A DNA stretch of 64,000 nt, taken from Terriglobia bacterium. GTDB taxonomy: Bacteria > Acidobacteriota > Terriglobia > 20CM-2-55-15. The stretch is from positions 576,001-640,000 of the forward strand of contig CBDAOY010000009.1 of the NCBI GenBank assembly GCA_965198225.1, written 5' to 3'. The position numbers and the translations under genes are program-made. The notes beneath the pieces are model-generated. The model ran no database searches, had not been told where the DNA came from, and saw only the letters and a list, made by a program, of their open reading frames with translations. Each line of letters opens with the position of its first letter. Within the stretch, counting starts at the first letter, position 1. This document shows positions 31,410 through 43,107 of the stretch, piece after piece.

Positions 31410-31590
31410 AAGAAATCCGCTAAATCCGCGCAATCCGTGGCTGGATTTGTTCGTGCAATCCCGTGCCTGGACTAGCCGTAAGCCACTGATTACCCGGATA
31501 TGAAAGCCACGGATTAAACAGATTGCACGGATTGGAAGAAGCCTGTGGTTTGCTGTCCGAAAGACATGTGATCCGCTAAATCCGTGTTTC
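31410..31590. repeat. CACGGATT/AATCCGTG nonamer-array elements
   Basis: AATCCGCTA-AATCCGCGC-AATCCGTGGCTGGAT arm plus inverse arms. Confidence 0.7.
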
Positions 31591-31639
31591 GTCATGATAG
31601 CGGGAATCAGCACGGTCGCGCAACACACGGAACGGTCTC

Positions 31640-31948
31640 TCAGAAAGCGTCCTGGCCGGCCTGATCGAGAAGCGAGATGACGCCCGCTTCCTCGAATTCA
31701 GCGAAGGTCTCAGGATGTTTCTCGATCAGGACGAGAACGGCGCGCGTCGCCAGGTGCCGGAGGAAGAGGCCGTATGGGACCATGAAGCCGAAAACGACGA
31801 AACTGGCCACGTAATAGCCCTTCCAGACCAGAGCCAGAGGGACGGCGATGAACAGCAGCATCAGTCGATGCAGCAGAGCCCCCGAAACTGCGTTGGTTCT
31901 CCACCAGTACGAGGCTTCGTTTGCGACGACCTCAAACTGCCGCGACAT
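31640..31948 (-). CDS. Small hypothetical membrane protein
   Basis: Two hydrophobic segments; overlaps the upstream gene; AGGTGG before the ATG. Confidence 0.5.
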   Translation of the reverse strand: MSRQFEVVANEASYWWRTNAVSGALLHRLMLLFIAVPLALVWKGYYVASFVVFGFMVPYGLFLRHLATRAVLVLIEKHPETFAEFEEAGVISLLDQAGQDAF

Positions 31949-33218
31949 CCACCTGAGCCCCTTGGCCCCAGTAGACCTTCAGATCGCGGATTCCGGTCAT
32001 CTGGTGCCGGCCGTAGTCGATGCCCTGCAGACGAATGTCTCCGAGGCTTTCCTCGATAAAACCCCCGAGTTCGGTCCCACGTTTGCGGATCAGGGTCTGG
32101 ACCTTCTTGGGTGTGTCAGGATCGAAGAGGACGAAGTCCAGCTTGCCGCGTTTCGAGGGATTCCACTCCCATACTCCGACAACCGCACCGTTGTTGATTA
32201 CCGTAGCGATCGGATCGTTGATGAGCTTGCCCTTCCATCGCGAAAAAGGCTTGTCGGAATCTTCGTTTCGCACGAACCGGCTGACGACCTCCCGCTGACC
32301 CTTGAGGAAGATGTCCCGGTATGGAATGAAGTTGACCTGCGGCGACTTGGCGGGGGCGAAGTCGGAGAACTGCTCGAGTTCCACTTCGCTGATCAGGAAC
32401 TCGTCCTTGCTGTTTTCAACACTGAGGGACTTCAACCGTGGTCGGACCTCCGCGGCCGCTCTCATGGCGTCGGTGACGTTCACGCCGGCCCACCATGCGA
32501 AATCCTTGACCCTCGCCGGCCCTTCTGTCCGGAAGTACTGCGCCGCCAGCTCGATGTTTGCCTGTTCGGTCTGCAGGTTGTACGGGTCGACTTCGGGGAG
32601 GACGTCGCCGAGGAGGGCGAAGGAATACTCGGTCGAGTCGAGACGCTTTCGGGACTGGATCTTCAGGACCCGCCCCTCCTCTTTCAGCAGGTTGATGGCC
32701 AGCCAGAGGCTGCCGGTCAGGCCGATCCGTCTCAATTCGCCCGGAAACTGTCGGACCAGAGAGGACGGGACCTCATCGAGGATCTCATCGTGGTTGAGCC
32801 GACCGTTTTCCAGAGCGATCAGGACCGAGGCTTTCAGCCGCTCCATTTCGCCGTCGGTAATGGGCATCAGAGGCCGGGCCTGCTTGGCGAGCTCGGTGAA
32901 AGTCCTGCTCCGTATCTTCAGGGCGATCGGCGCCTGAGAGCGGGGTAGCAGCATCGTGCAGCCGCGGAGCGTCTCCAGCTGGACGAGCTTTCGATCCTTG
33001 AACACGAGTCGATCGAGCGTTGCGCGCCGGAACTTGGGCATCCGTGCCCGGACCGAGAGATACGGAGTGGAACAACCGGGCGAGTAGATCCATCCGACAG
33101 TCTTCACCAGATCGACGATGCTCCGGCCGGTGAATGGCCTGTCGAGCCATTGGCGGTGCATCCGCCATGCATTCAAGTGATTGACGGAGAACGCTTTATT
33201 CGATCTTTTGCTGGTCAT
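31932..33218 (-). CDS. AlkZ/YcaQ-like (HTH_42) winged-helix protein, putative crosslink-repair glycosylase
   Basis: YLSVRAR, LRGC, YFRTEGPARVKDFAWWAG, GAVVGVW. Confidence 0.72.
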   Translation of the reverse strand: MTSKRSNKAFSVNHLNAWRMHRQWLDRPFTGRSIVDLVKTVGWIYSPGCSTPYLSVRARMPKFRRATLDRLVFKDRKLVQLETLRGCTMLLPRSQAPIALKIRSRTFTELAKQARPLMPITDGEMERLKASVLIALENGRLNHDEILDEVPSSLVRQFPGELRRIGLTGSLWLAINLLKEEGRVLKIQSRKRLDSTEYSFALLGDVLPEVDPYNLQTEQANIELAAQYFRTEGPARVKDFAWWAGVNVTDAMRAAAEVRPRLKSLSVENSKDEFLISEVELEQFSDFAPAKSPQVNFIPYRDIFLKGQREVVSRFVRNEDSDKPFSRWKGKLINDPIATVINNGAVVGVWEWNPSKRGKLDFVLFDPDTPKKVQTLIRKRGTELGGFIEESLGDIRLQGIDYGRHQMTGIRDLKVYWGQGAQVDVAAV

Positions 33219-33363
33219 CAGGCTGACTGGCGGTTGATCATTCCAGACAATCGGGTCAACAGTGCCGATACCCTCGCGGTGGCTTGTGGGAGCAGACTGA
33301 TATGCTACACTCGCCTGTCTAAATGGAGGCCACTATTCTAGTGTCGAGCGGAAGGTAAGTCAA

Positions 33364-33762
33364 ATGAACCCTGGATTTGTGGGCCTTCGACACGCAGCCC
33401 TCCAGGTGCGTGACTTGAACCGGTCACAGGACTTCTACACCCGCGTCTTGGGCATGCATCTGGAATGGAAGCCCGATTCCGAAAACGCGTACCTGACCTC
33501 CGGGACCGACAACCTGGCTCTCCACCAGTTGCCGGCCGGTACCGAGCCCGGTGAAACCCAGACTCTCGATCACATCGGCTTTGCGGTGCCCCGCATCGAA
33601 GACGTCGACGAGTGGGCCGATCGCCTCAGGGCCCTGGGCGTCGAGTTCGTCAAGCCCCCGAAGACACACCGCGACGGCGCCCGATCGTTTTATTTCCACG
33701 ATCCCGATCGAATCTTGATCCAGTTGATTTATCACGCGCCCATCTCGGATGGGCGCGAGTAG
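33364..33762 (+). CDS. VOC/glyoxalase-family protein
   Basis: LRHAALQVRDL, LDHIGF, FYFHDPD. Confidence 0.88.
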   Translation: MNPGFVGLRHAALQVRDLNRSQDFYTRVLGMHLEWKPDSENAYLTSGTDNLALHQLPAGTEPGETQTLDHIGFAVPRIEDVDEWADRLRALGVEFVKPPKTHRDGARSFYFHDPDRILIQLIYHAPISDGRE

Positions 33763-33838
33763 TCAGTAATCAGTAGTCAGTTGCCCGATCTCCAGCCCGA
33801 TTCTTTAACTGACTACTGACAGCTGACTACTGACTACT
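33759..33838. repeat. Inverted heptamer-array element
   Basis: GTAGTCA-type left arm, TGACTAC-type right arm. Confidence 0.8.
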
Positions 33839-33884
33839 TCTTGATATAATCCGTATCCACCAATTGTGGAGGTAACCATCGGCC

Positions 33885-35322
33885 ATGGCTTCTTTGTCCG
33901 AACAGTTTGAACGGTCTGCGGCGTGTGGCGCTCGTCGACGAAGTGGGGCGGTCCTGGTCCTACGGTGAACTCGCCGATGAGGTGGGTCGTCTGGCCGGGC
34001 GGTTTCGAGAGGTTCCCGGGGACACCGCGGGCATCCTGCTGCTGAATTCCCAACGGTACGTGGTCACAATGCTGGCGCTCTGGAAGGCCGGGAAGACCGC
34101 CGTTCCTCTCAACTACCTGCTGCCGCCCCCCGACCTGGGGTTCATATTGAAGGATTCAGGGATGGCGAGTTTGGTGGCTTCAAAGTTCTTCGACGAGGCG
34201 CTCCAGAAGATAAGGCCGCTTTTCGGGGACCGGGGCACCATCCTGATGGCGGATGACCCGGACTTCATTCCGACCGGGGCAGCCGAGGGCGGAAATAGCC
34301 ATCGGGATCCGGCATTGTTCCTCTACACCTCGGGCACCACCGGCCGGCCGAAAGGCGTCATTCTTTCTCACCGCAACCTGGCGGCCAATGTCGCCTCCTG
34401 CCAGCAGGCCGGGGCTTTCGGCCCGGAGGACAGTTTTCTTTGCCTCCTCCCCTTTTTCCACACTTACGCCATCACCGGCACGATTCTGCTGCCCTTGCTG
34501 AACGGGAGCAAGATAGTCCTGGTCGAGAGGTTCCATCCGCTCAAGGTCCTCGAGCTGATCCAGGAGCAGCAGATCACCTGTTTCCTGGCAATCCCTTCGA
34601 TGTACCGGGTCCTCGCCGGCACGGAAGCGGAATTCGACGTCAGCTCGCTTCGCTTCCCGATATCGGGAGGCGAACCTATGCCGGTCGCCGTAGCCGAGGC
34701 GTTCGCCAAACGGTTAGGAGTGGACATATTTGAGGGCTATGGTCAGACCGAAGCCGCGCCTGTCGTTTCGCTGAACACACCGGCTGCGCGGAAGCTTGGA
34801 ACCGTGGGACGGGCCCTGCCCGACGTCGAGATCGCGATCTGGAACGACAAGAATGAGGTCCTCGGGAGCGGAGAAGTAGGCGAAGTGATGGTTCGCGGAC
34901 CGAACGTGATGGAGGGGTACTACCACCTGGAGGAAGAAACAGCCAAGACCGTCACCGACGGCTGGCTACACACGGGAGACCTCGGGACGATGGATTCAGA
35001 GGGTTTCGTGTCGATCACGGGGCGGCTCAAGGAGATGATCATCTCGGCCGGCGAGAACATATTCCCGCGCGAGATCGAAGAAGTGCTGGTCCACCACCCA
35101 TCAGTGAAGGAAGTCGCAGTGATCGGCGTGCCCGACGAAGTCCGCGGAGAGGTGCCCAAGGCTTTCGTAATCGCCCAGGAAGGAACCTCCCCCGAAGACA
35201 AGGAACTGCGAAGTTTCTGTCGGGAGAAGCTGGCCAATTACAAGGTCCCCAAGATCGTCGAGATCGTGGAGGACCTGCCACGAAATCCGACTGGGAAAGT
35301 GCTCAAGCGCATGCTGAAGTGA
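33885..35322 (+). CDS. Long-chain fatty acid-CoA ligase (possible 5' frameshift)
   Basis: YTSGTTGRPKG, GYGQTE, TGDLG, NPTGKVLK; ATG 33885 is out of frame with the body (ORF track starts at 33907). Confidence 0.85.
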
Positions 35323-35410
35323 GTTGCCTGTAGTCAGTAGTCCGTTATACTTAGGATCAACGGTTCGGATCGGGTGCCAACTGACGACTGAGTACTGACT
35401 ACTGACTACT
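35322..35410. repeat. Inverted heptamer-array element
   Basis: GTAGTCA left arm, CTGACTA right arm. Confidence 0.75.
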
Positions 35411-35497
35411 TCTTCTGTATAATGGCGTCTTTTTGGGTGGCAGCCGCGCGGGTCGCGAACTGTCAACCCCGCAGCATTCAAACCTAAGGAGATCGAG

Positions 35498-35767
35498 ATG
35501 ACCTACATCATCGGTTCGCCGTGCATCGACACGAAGGACACGGCCTGTGTCGACGCCTGTCCGGTGGACTGCATCCATCCAAAGAAGGATGAGGACGACT
35601 TCGAAAAGCAAAACATGCTCTACATCGACCCGGAAGAGTGTATCGACTGTGGCGCCTGCGAGCCCGCCTGCCCCGTAACGGCGATCTGGCCCGAGGACAA
35701 TGTTCCCGACGATGAACAGCAGTACATCGCGGTGAACTACGAGTACTTTGGTCAGACACCCCCGTAG
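35498..35767 (+). CDS. fdxA: Dicluster (7Fe-type) ferredoxin
   Basis: CIDTKDTACVDACP and CIDCGACEPACP; AAGGAG RBS. Confidence 0.93.
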   Translation: MTYIIGSPCIDTKDTACVDACPVDCIHPKKDEDDFEKQNMLYIDPEECIDCGACEPACPVTAIWPEDNVPDDEQQYIAVNYEYFGQTPP

Positions 35768-35789
35768 AGGATGGCCGGTCGGTGATCTG

Positions 35790-35820
35790 AAAAAGGGCGG
35801 CATATGCCGCTCTTTTTTTT
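35790..35820 (+). terminator. Rho-independent terminator; intron target site
   Basis: GGGCGGCA/TGCCGCTC stem followed by T8. Confidence 0.88.
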
Positions 35821-35821
35821 G

Positions 35822-37747
35822 GTGCGCCAGGCATGGCGCGCAGCGCCATGAATTGGCGCTGGATAACCGGGGAGCGAAAGCGAACCGGGAAGTGACTAGG
35901 AGGTGAGAGTCCTCTGGGGGCCTTGATGACAGGAACCCTTAGCCGATGTGGCAACTGCGTCCGAGCAATCGGGGGTGGGAAGGAAGCCATAGGCAAAACT
36001 CTGGCCCGAGGCACACGAACCGCATAAGAGGCAGGCGTCAGGTGGGCGAAGAGGCCAACAGATCGGAAGCCCAATGTCATCCGGACCGGGCGTTTGTAGA
36101 TGCGGCGGGTAGATGGAGTGAAAGTCACGTGCCTTACCCTGGGAGATCCGTTGTCTTGCTGGGAACAGCTAGAGTCGTCGAGAGGCGGCGCGATGGGGCG
36201 GCGGAAGTCAGCCACGGTCATAGTAGCCCGGCGGAGCCGGGGTGAAGGACCACACATGGAGAAGAGACCGACACGGAGCGTTCGATGCGAAACGGAGACG
36301 CAGACAAGAGGGCTGAGAAGCCGGAACCGAACCGGAAGGATAGCGGCGGAACCGTGACAGATACGGATGAGGGGCGTCAAACTCGCACGGCACGTCACGA
36401 GCAAGTCGGGATCGAGGAGGGAATGCTACTGGAGAAGGTGCTGGAACGGGAAAACGTTCTGGCCGCATACCGACGCGTCAAGGCCAATAGCGGGGCGGCG
36501 GGAATCGACGGGATGACCGTTGAGGACCTGATGCCGCACTGTCAGATGCACTGGACGCGAGTCCGTCAAGAACTGCTCGACGAGACGTACCGCCCCCAAC
36601 CGGTGAGGAAAGTCGATATTCTGAAACCGGACGGAGGGATACGGACGCTGGGCATTCCGACCGTGATGGACCGGATGATTCAACAGGCTCTGCTTCAGGT
36701 TCTCCAACCCCTATGGGATCGGACGTTCTCGGAAGATAGCTACGGCTACCGACCGGGACGAAGCGCCCAAAAGGCGGTGGTGCGTGCCCGGGAACACATT
36801 CGAGCCGGACATCGCTGGGTGGTGGACCTGGACATCGAGAAGTTCTTTGATCGCGTCAACCATGACGTGCTGATGGCACGCGTGGCGCGACGAATCAAAG
36901 ACAAACGGGTGCTTCGATTGATTCGGCGCTATCTACAGGCCGGACTGATGGAGGGCGGGCTGGTGTCGCCCCGGGCAGAAGGGACGCCGCAAGGCGGCCC
37001 CCTCTCGCCTCTGCTGTCGAACCTGTTGCTGGATGAACTGGATCGGGAGTTGGGGAAACGTGGGCACCGCTTCGTTCGTTATGCCGACGATGTGAATGTG
37101 TACATTCGCTCCGAGGCAGCGGGTCAGCGGGTCATGGCATCGCTGGAATGTTTTCTGGACAGGAGACTCCGGCTGAAGGTGAACCGGGCCAAAAGCGCCG
37201 TGGCGCGGCCGTGGAAGCGAAAGTTCCTCGGGTACAGTTTCACGGCGCATCGCGAGGCCAAACTGAAGGTTTCGGATTCGTCGTTAAAACGACTGAAAAT
37301 GAGACTTCGGGAGATCACGCGAGCCGGGCGAGGCCGAAGCCTCGCTCGCACGATCGGAACACTCATTCCCATCATTCGGGGTTGGGTGGCTTACTATCGC
37401 TTGGCGGAGGTTCGAGGCAGCTTCGAGCGACTGGATCAGTGGTTGCGCCGCCGGCTGCGGTCGATCTTGTGGCAGCAGTGGAAGCGGAACCGAACACGAT
37501 TCCGGGAACTCACTCGACGCGGTATTGCGACCGCTCGGGCTCGGACCTCGGTTTCCAACGGGCGCGGGCCTTGGTGGAATGCGGGCGCCAGCCATATGAA
37601 TCAGGCTGTCCCCGCCTCTGCCTTCCGTCGCCTGGGTTTGCAATCCTTCTCCGAGGTGCATTCCCGACTTCAATCTTTATGAACCGCCGTATACGGAACC
37701 GTACGTACGGTGGTGTGGGAGGCGGGCGTTAAGCCCGCCTACCCGAT
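35822..37747 (+). mobile_element. Group II intron, class IIC
   Basis: 5' GTGCG immediately after a terminator; short domain V with CGC triad at 37681; domain VI ending ACCCGAT. Confidence 0.93.
36285..37682 (+). CDS. ltrA: Group II intron reverse transcriptase/maturase, no endonuclease domain
   Basis: GIDG, LGIPT..DR, GTPQGGPLSPLL, YADD, GWVAYY; the start may instead be 36423. Confidence 0.95.
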   Translation: MRNGDADKRAEKPEPNRKDSGGTVTDTDEGRQTRTARHEQVGIEEGMLLEKVLERENVLAAYRRVKANSGAAGIDGMTVEDLMPHCQMHWTRVRQELLDETYRPQPVRKVDILKPDGGIRTLGIPTVMDRMIQQALLQVLQPLWDRTFSEDSYGYRPGRSAQKAVVRAREHIRAGHRWVVDLDIEKFFDRVNHDVLMARVARRIKDKRVLRLIRRYLQAGLMEGGLVSPRAEGTPQGGPLSPLLSNLLLDELDRELGKRGHRFVRYADDVNVYIRSEAAGQRVMASLECFLDRRLRLKVNRAKSAVARPWKRKFLGYSFTAHREAKLKVSDSSLKRLKMRLREITRAGRGRSLARTIGTLIPIIRGWVAYYRLAEVRGSFERLDQWLRRRLRSILWQQWKRNRTRFRELTRRGIATARARTSVSNGRGPWWNAGASHMNQAVPASAFRRLGLQSFSEVHSRLQSL

Positions 37748-38144
37748 GCTTGGGGAAACTCAGGGGGTCCAATTGCAAATCGCGATATTTGAACAATCCG
37801 CATTGCAGGTTGCTCATTGAATATTGCTTCAATTTCAAATCGGCGGAGGTTGCGGTGGTGAGTAGGCATTGCCGAGAGGTGCCCAAACGGGCCGTCTCGG
37901 AAAACCGCGAACTCCGCCGGATCATTGCGGCGTCGGTCAGAACCTCCCGAGGCTCCAACCAATGACAAATCCAGCAATTTCCGATCTCTAATTTCGAATG
38001 CGGATTTGTCCATTGACCAGTTTGCGATAGGTTCCTTCTTTTCACCGAACACTTATTCAAGAACCGGCCCTTGTGTTTGATGCCACGGGCTGCCAGGACG
38101 TTCGTGGTATAAGTGCGAATCCAGGTTCAAAAGGATCGAAATGC

Positions 38145-40097
<1,953 letters not shown>

Positions 40098-40103
40098 GAG
40101 ACA

Positions 40104-40931
40104 ATGGACTACGGCCGCTCTTCGATTGGTCTGACGCGGCCACGGCTGATCCGATCCGCGATCGGCCTGGTTCTGGCGATAGTGACGCTCGCAAATCCCT
40201 CTGCCAGCGCGGTGGGACCCGACGGCGGCGTGACCCTGGAATACGTGGCCCACGCGTCTTTCCTGATCCGATCCCCCGGCGGGGCCGAGGTCCTGATCGA
40301 TCCCTACGCGAGCCGGGTCTGGTTGGGTTACGACTTTCCAGAGGGGCCCGACCCCGATGCGATTCTGATCACCCATCCCCACTACGACCACGACGGTGGC
40401 CGTTACCGCAACCTGCCGCAATGGTGGGAACCCGACACTCGGGTGATCGATGGTCCCGGCGACTACCTCGTCGGGGACATCCGCATCGAGGGGATTCGCG
40501 GAAAGCATGCGGACCCCTACGGCAAGGAATTCGGACAGGTCAACACGATCATGGTCGTCGAAGTCGGCGGGCTGCGGATTGCCCACGTTGGTGACAACGG
40601 CCCACTCAGCGCGGAGAACGTGCGGCTTCTGGGCGAAGTCGACATCCTGATGCTGCCGATCGACGCCGACTACCACATCCTGCGCGAAGAGACGATCCGG
40701 GAGATTCGGGATGCGCTCAAGCCGAAGGCGCTGATACCGATGCACTACCGGATTCCTGCCGTGGAGACCGACCCATCCAGCCCGAGCGATCTGGGCGAGA
40801 TCGAACCGTGGCTGGAAGGCAAACAAAACGTCCGGCGTCTGGGGAGCCACACCGCCCACCTGCGACCGGAGGATTTACCAGGCGATCAGATCCTCGTTTT
40901 CGACCATTCCCCTCTGGTCATCCGGCCCTGA
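40104..40931 (+). CDS. Secreted MBL-fold metallo-hydrolase
   Basis: THPHYDH, HVGD, IPMHY. Confidence 0.85.
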   Translation: MDYGRSSIGLTRPRLIRSAIGLVLAIVTLANPSASAVGPDGGVTLEYVAHASFLIRSPGGAEVLIDPYASRVWLGYDFPEGPDPDAILITHPHYDHDGGRYRNLPQWWEPDTRVIDGPGDYLVGDIRIEGIRGKHADPYGKEFGQVNTIMVVEVGGLRIAHVGDNGPLSAENVRLLGEVDILMLPIDADYHILREETIREIRDALKPKALIPMHYRIPAVETDPSSPSDLGEIEPWLEGKQNVRRLGSHTAHLRPEDLPGDQILVFDHSPLVIRP

Positions 40932-40955
40932 ACTCCCAACAAAGCAAGAAGAAAT

Positions 40956-41016
40956 AACCACGGAGGCACAGAGAAAGAAAATCAAGAACCTCCGTGTCTC
41001 CGCGCCTCCGTGGTTT
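40956..41016. repeat. Inverted CACGGAG/CTCCGTG nonamer hairpin between convergent genes
   Basis: AACCACGGAGGCACAGAG...CTCCGCGCCTCCGTGGTT. Confidence 0.75.
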
Positions 41017-41039
41017 AGGTTCCCCAAGCCCGACGCGGG

Positions 41040-41681
41040 TCAAACGCCGACTCTGGGGCAGTGCCTTTCGATCACGCAGGCGTCGCACTTCGGCTTTCGG
41101 GACGCGCAGGTCGTCCGGCCGTGGCGTTGGATGAGCTGGCAGAACTGGACCTGACTGGCCTTGGATACCACTTGGGTCAGGGCGGCTTCGACTCGATCGG
41201 CATCCTTTTCCCTGCTCAACCCCAGCCGGCGCGCAAGCCGGCCGACATGGGTGTCGACGCCGATCGCCGGTTGCCCGAACGCGTTTCCTCGGAGAATGTT
41301 TGCGGTCTTTCGCCCGACTCCGGGCAGTTCGAGAAGGTCTTCCAACTCCTCAGGCACCTCTCCGTCGTGCCGGTCCACGAGCATCCGGGTACACGCCTGG
41401 ATCGCTTTGGCCTTGTTCCTGTAGAAGCCGGTCGAGCGGATCTCCTCTTCCAGTAGATCTCGGTCCAGTTCCGCCCAGTCCTTCGCCGAACGGTATTTCC
41501 GAAACAGGACGGCCGTGACCTGGTTGACCCGATCGTCGGTGCATTGGGCGGCCAGAATCAGCGCGATCAGCAGGTCCAGAGGCGTGGCGAAATCGAGAGC
41601 GAGGCGAACATCCGGGTAGGATTTCCGGAGTAGCCGGACGATCCTGGTGACACGTCTCTTGCCCTCGGCAACCGTTTCCAT
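41040..41681 (-). CDS. nth: Endonuclease III
   Basis: AQCTD, LPGVGRKTAN, VDTH, C-terminal 4-Cys cluster motif. Confidence 0.95.
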   Translation of the reverse strand: METVAEGKRRVTRIVRLLRKSYPDVRLALDFATPLDLLIALILAAQCTDDRVNQVTAVLFRKYRSAKDWAELDRDLLEEEIRSTGFYRNKAKAIQACTRMLVDRHDGEVPEELEDLLELPGVGRKTANILRGNAFGQPAIGVDTHVGRLARRLGLSREKDADRVEAALTQVVSKASQVQFCQLIQRHGRTTCASRKPKCDACVIERHCPRVGV

Positions 41682-41712
41682 GGGCTGTGATTATGTGGTA
41701 GCTTCACCGGCT

Positions 41713-42618
41713 ATGCAACACGTCGCAAGCGTTGGTTTCATAGGGCTTGGGATCATGGGCAGGCCCATGGCCCGCAACCTCTTGAAGGCCGGATATTCTC
41801 TGATAGTCCACAACAGGAGCCCGGCCGGCGTCCAGGAACTGGTGAACGCCGGAGCTCGGAGTGCGGCCTCGCCGGTCGAGGTTGCGCGGCAGTCCGATTT
41901 CGTCGTGACCATGTTGCCGAATTCTCCAGACGTCGAGCAGGTGGCACTCGGAGAAGCCGGGCTGGCGGAGGGCGTCCGCGAGGGAGGGTTGCTCATCGAC
42001 ATGAGTACGATCAATCCGCTCGTGTCGCAGAAGGTCGGTCAGATTCTCGGAGAGAAGCGTGTGGGGATGCTGGACGCGCCCGTCAGCGGTGGAGAGCAGG
42101 GCGCGATCGACGGCATTCTATCGATCATGGTGGGTGGTGAGCTTTCCGATTTCGAGCGAGCTCTCCCGCTGTTCGAAGTCATGGGCAGGACGACTACACA
42201 CATGGGCCCGCTCGGCAGCGGCGGGTTTACGAAGCTGGCAAACCAGATCATCGTCGCGATCAACCTCACGGCGATCGGTGAGGCGCTCGTGTTCGGTGCC
42301 CGTTCGGGGGTGAATCCGCGGAAGATGGTGCAGGCCCTGTCGGGCGGGTTGGCCGGCAGCCGCTGCCTGGATCAGAAGGCCGACAAGATTCTGCGGGGGG
42401 ACTTCGGCCCGGGTTTCAAGATCGATCTCCACGCGAAGGACCTGGGTTTGATCCACGATGCCGCCCAGTCGCTTGGTGTGCCGATCCCGACGACCGCGAT
42501 CGTCCAACAGTTCTTCACCGCTCTCCAGGGACGGGAGCGGGGAGGTTACGATCACTCCGGCCTCATTACGTTCTTCGAAGATCTTGCGGGGATCGAGGTT
42601 CGGGACGAGAACTATTGA
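41713..42618 (+). CDS. garR: 2-hydroxy-3-oxopropionate reductase / beta-hydroxyacid dehydrogenase
   Basis: GFIGLGIMG, DAPVSGG, KLANQII. Confidence 0.85.
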   Translation: MQHVASVGFIGLGIMGRPMARNLLKAGYSLIVHNRSPAGVQELVNAGARSAASPVEVARQSDFVVTMLPNSPDVEQVALGEAGLAEGVREGGLLIDMSTINPLVSQKVGQILGEKRVGMLDAPVSGGEQGAIDGILSIMVGGELSDFERALPLFEVMGRTTTHMGPLGSGGFTKLANQIIVAINLTAIGEALVFGARSGVNPRKMVQALSGGLAGSRCLDQKADKILRGDFGPGFKIDLHAKDLGLIHDAAQSLGVPIPTTAIVQQFFTALQGRERGGYDHSGLITFFEDLAGIEVRDENY

Positions 42619-42630
42619 TAGCAGAGAAGA

Positions 42631-42725
42631 AGGCCACGGATTTCACGGATTGCACGGAGAGGAAAAGCCTCCTTCAGATAGACCAACCCTGATCCGCCTA
42701 AATCCGTGCAATCCGTGGCTGGATT
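42631..42725. repeat. Nonamer inverted-array element of about 95 bp
   Basis: AGGCCACGGATT...AATCCGTGGCTGGATT. Confidence 0.8.
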
Positions 42726-42750
42726 CTGTTCCACTTAGGAGGCGCCACGC

Positions 42751-43065
42751 ATGCTGCGTCACATGGTGTTGTTCAACCTCAAACCGGAAATCGGTCCCGA
42801 CGAGAGGGATCATCTCTTCGGCCAGGTGCAGAAGCTGTCCGAGATCGAATCGGTTCGCACGCTGGCTATCGGGAAACTACTCGAGCCCAGCGATGATACC
42901 TACAGGGACCACATGACGTCCGACTACGGCTACGCCCTGCTGATCGATTTCGACGACGAGGCTGGGCTCTACGCGTACCAGAAGGAGCCCTATCACGTCG
43001 GGGTCGGGCAGGAAATTCGCAAGCGCGTGTCGACGATCAAGGTCATGGATTTCTGGACACCGTAG
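42751..43065 (+). CDS. Dabb-family stress-responsive barrel protein
   Basis: MLRHMVLF, F.DEAGL.AYQ..P.H; AGGAGG RBS. Confidence 0.82.
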   Translation: MLRHMVLFNLKPEIGPDERDHLFGQVQKLSEIESVRTLAIGKLLEPSDDTYRDHMTSDYGYALLIDFDDEAGLYAYQKEPYHVGVGQEIRKRVSTIKVMDFWTP

Positions 43066-43107
43066 ACTACCTTCTATTTGAAACGAAGTTTCATTCGAAC
43101 CAGGAAA

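Noticed and set aside
36285-37682. RT as a retron or defence RT
   Set aside because: Maturase domain and intron RNA boundaries identify it as an intron-encoded protein
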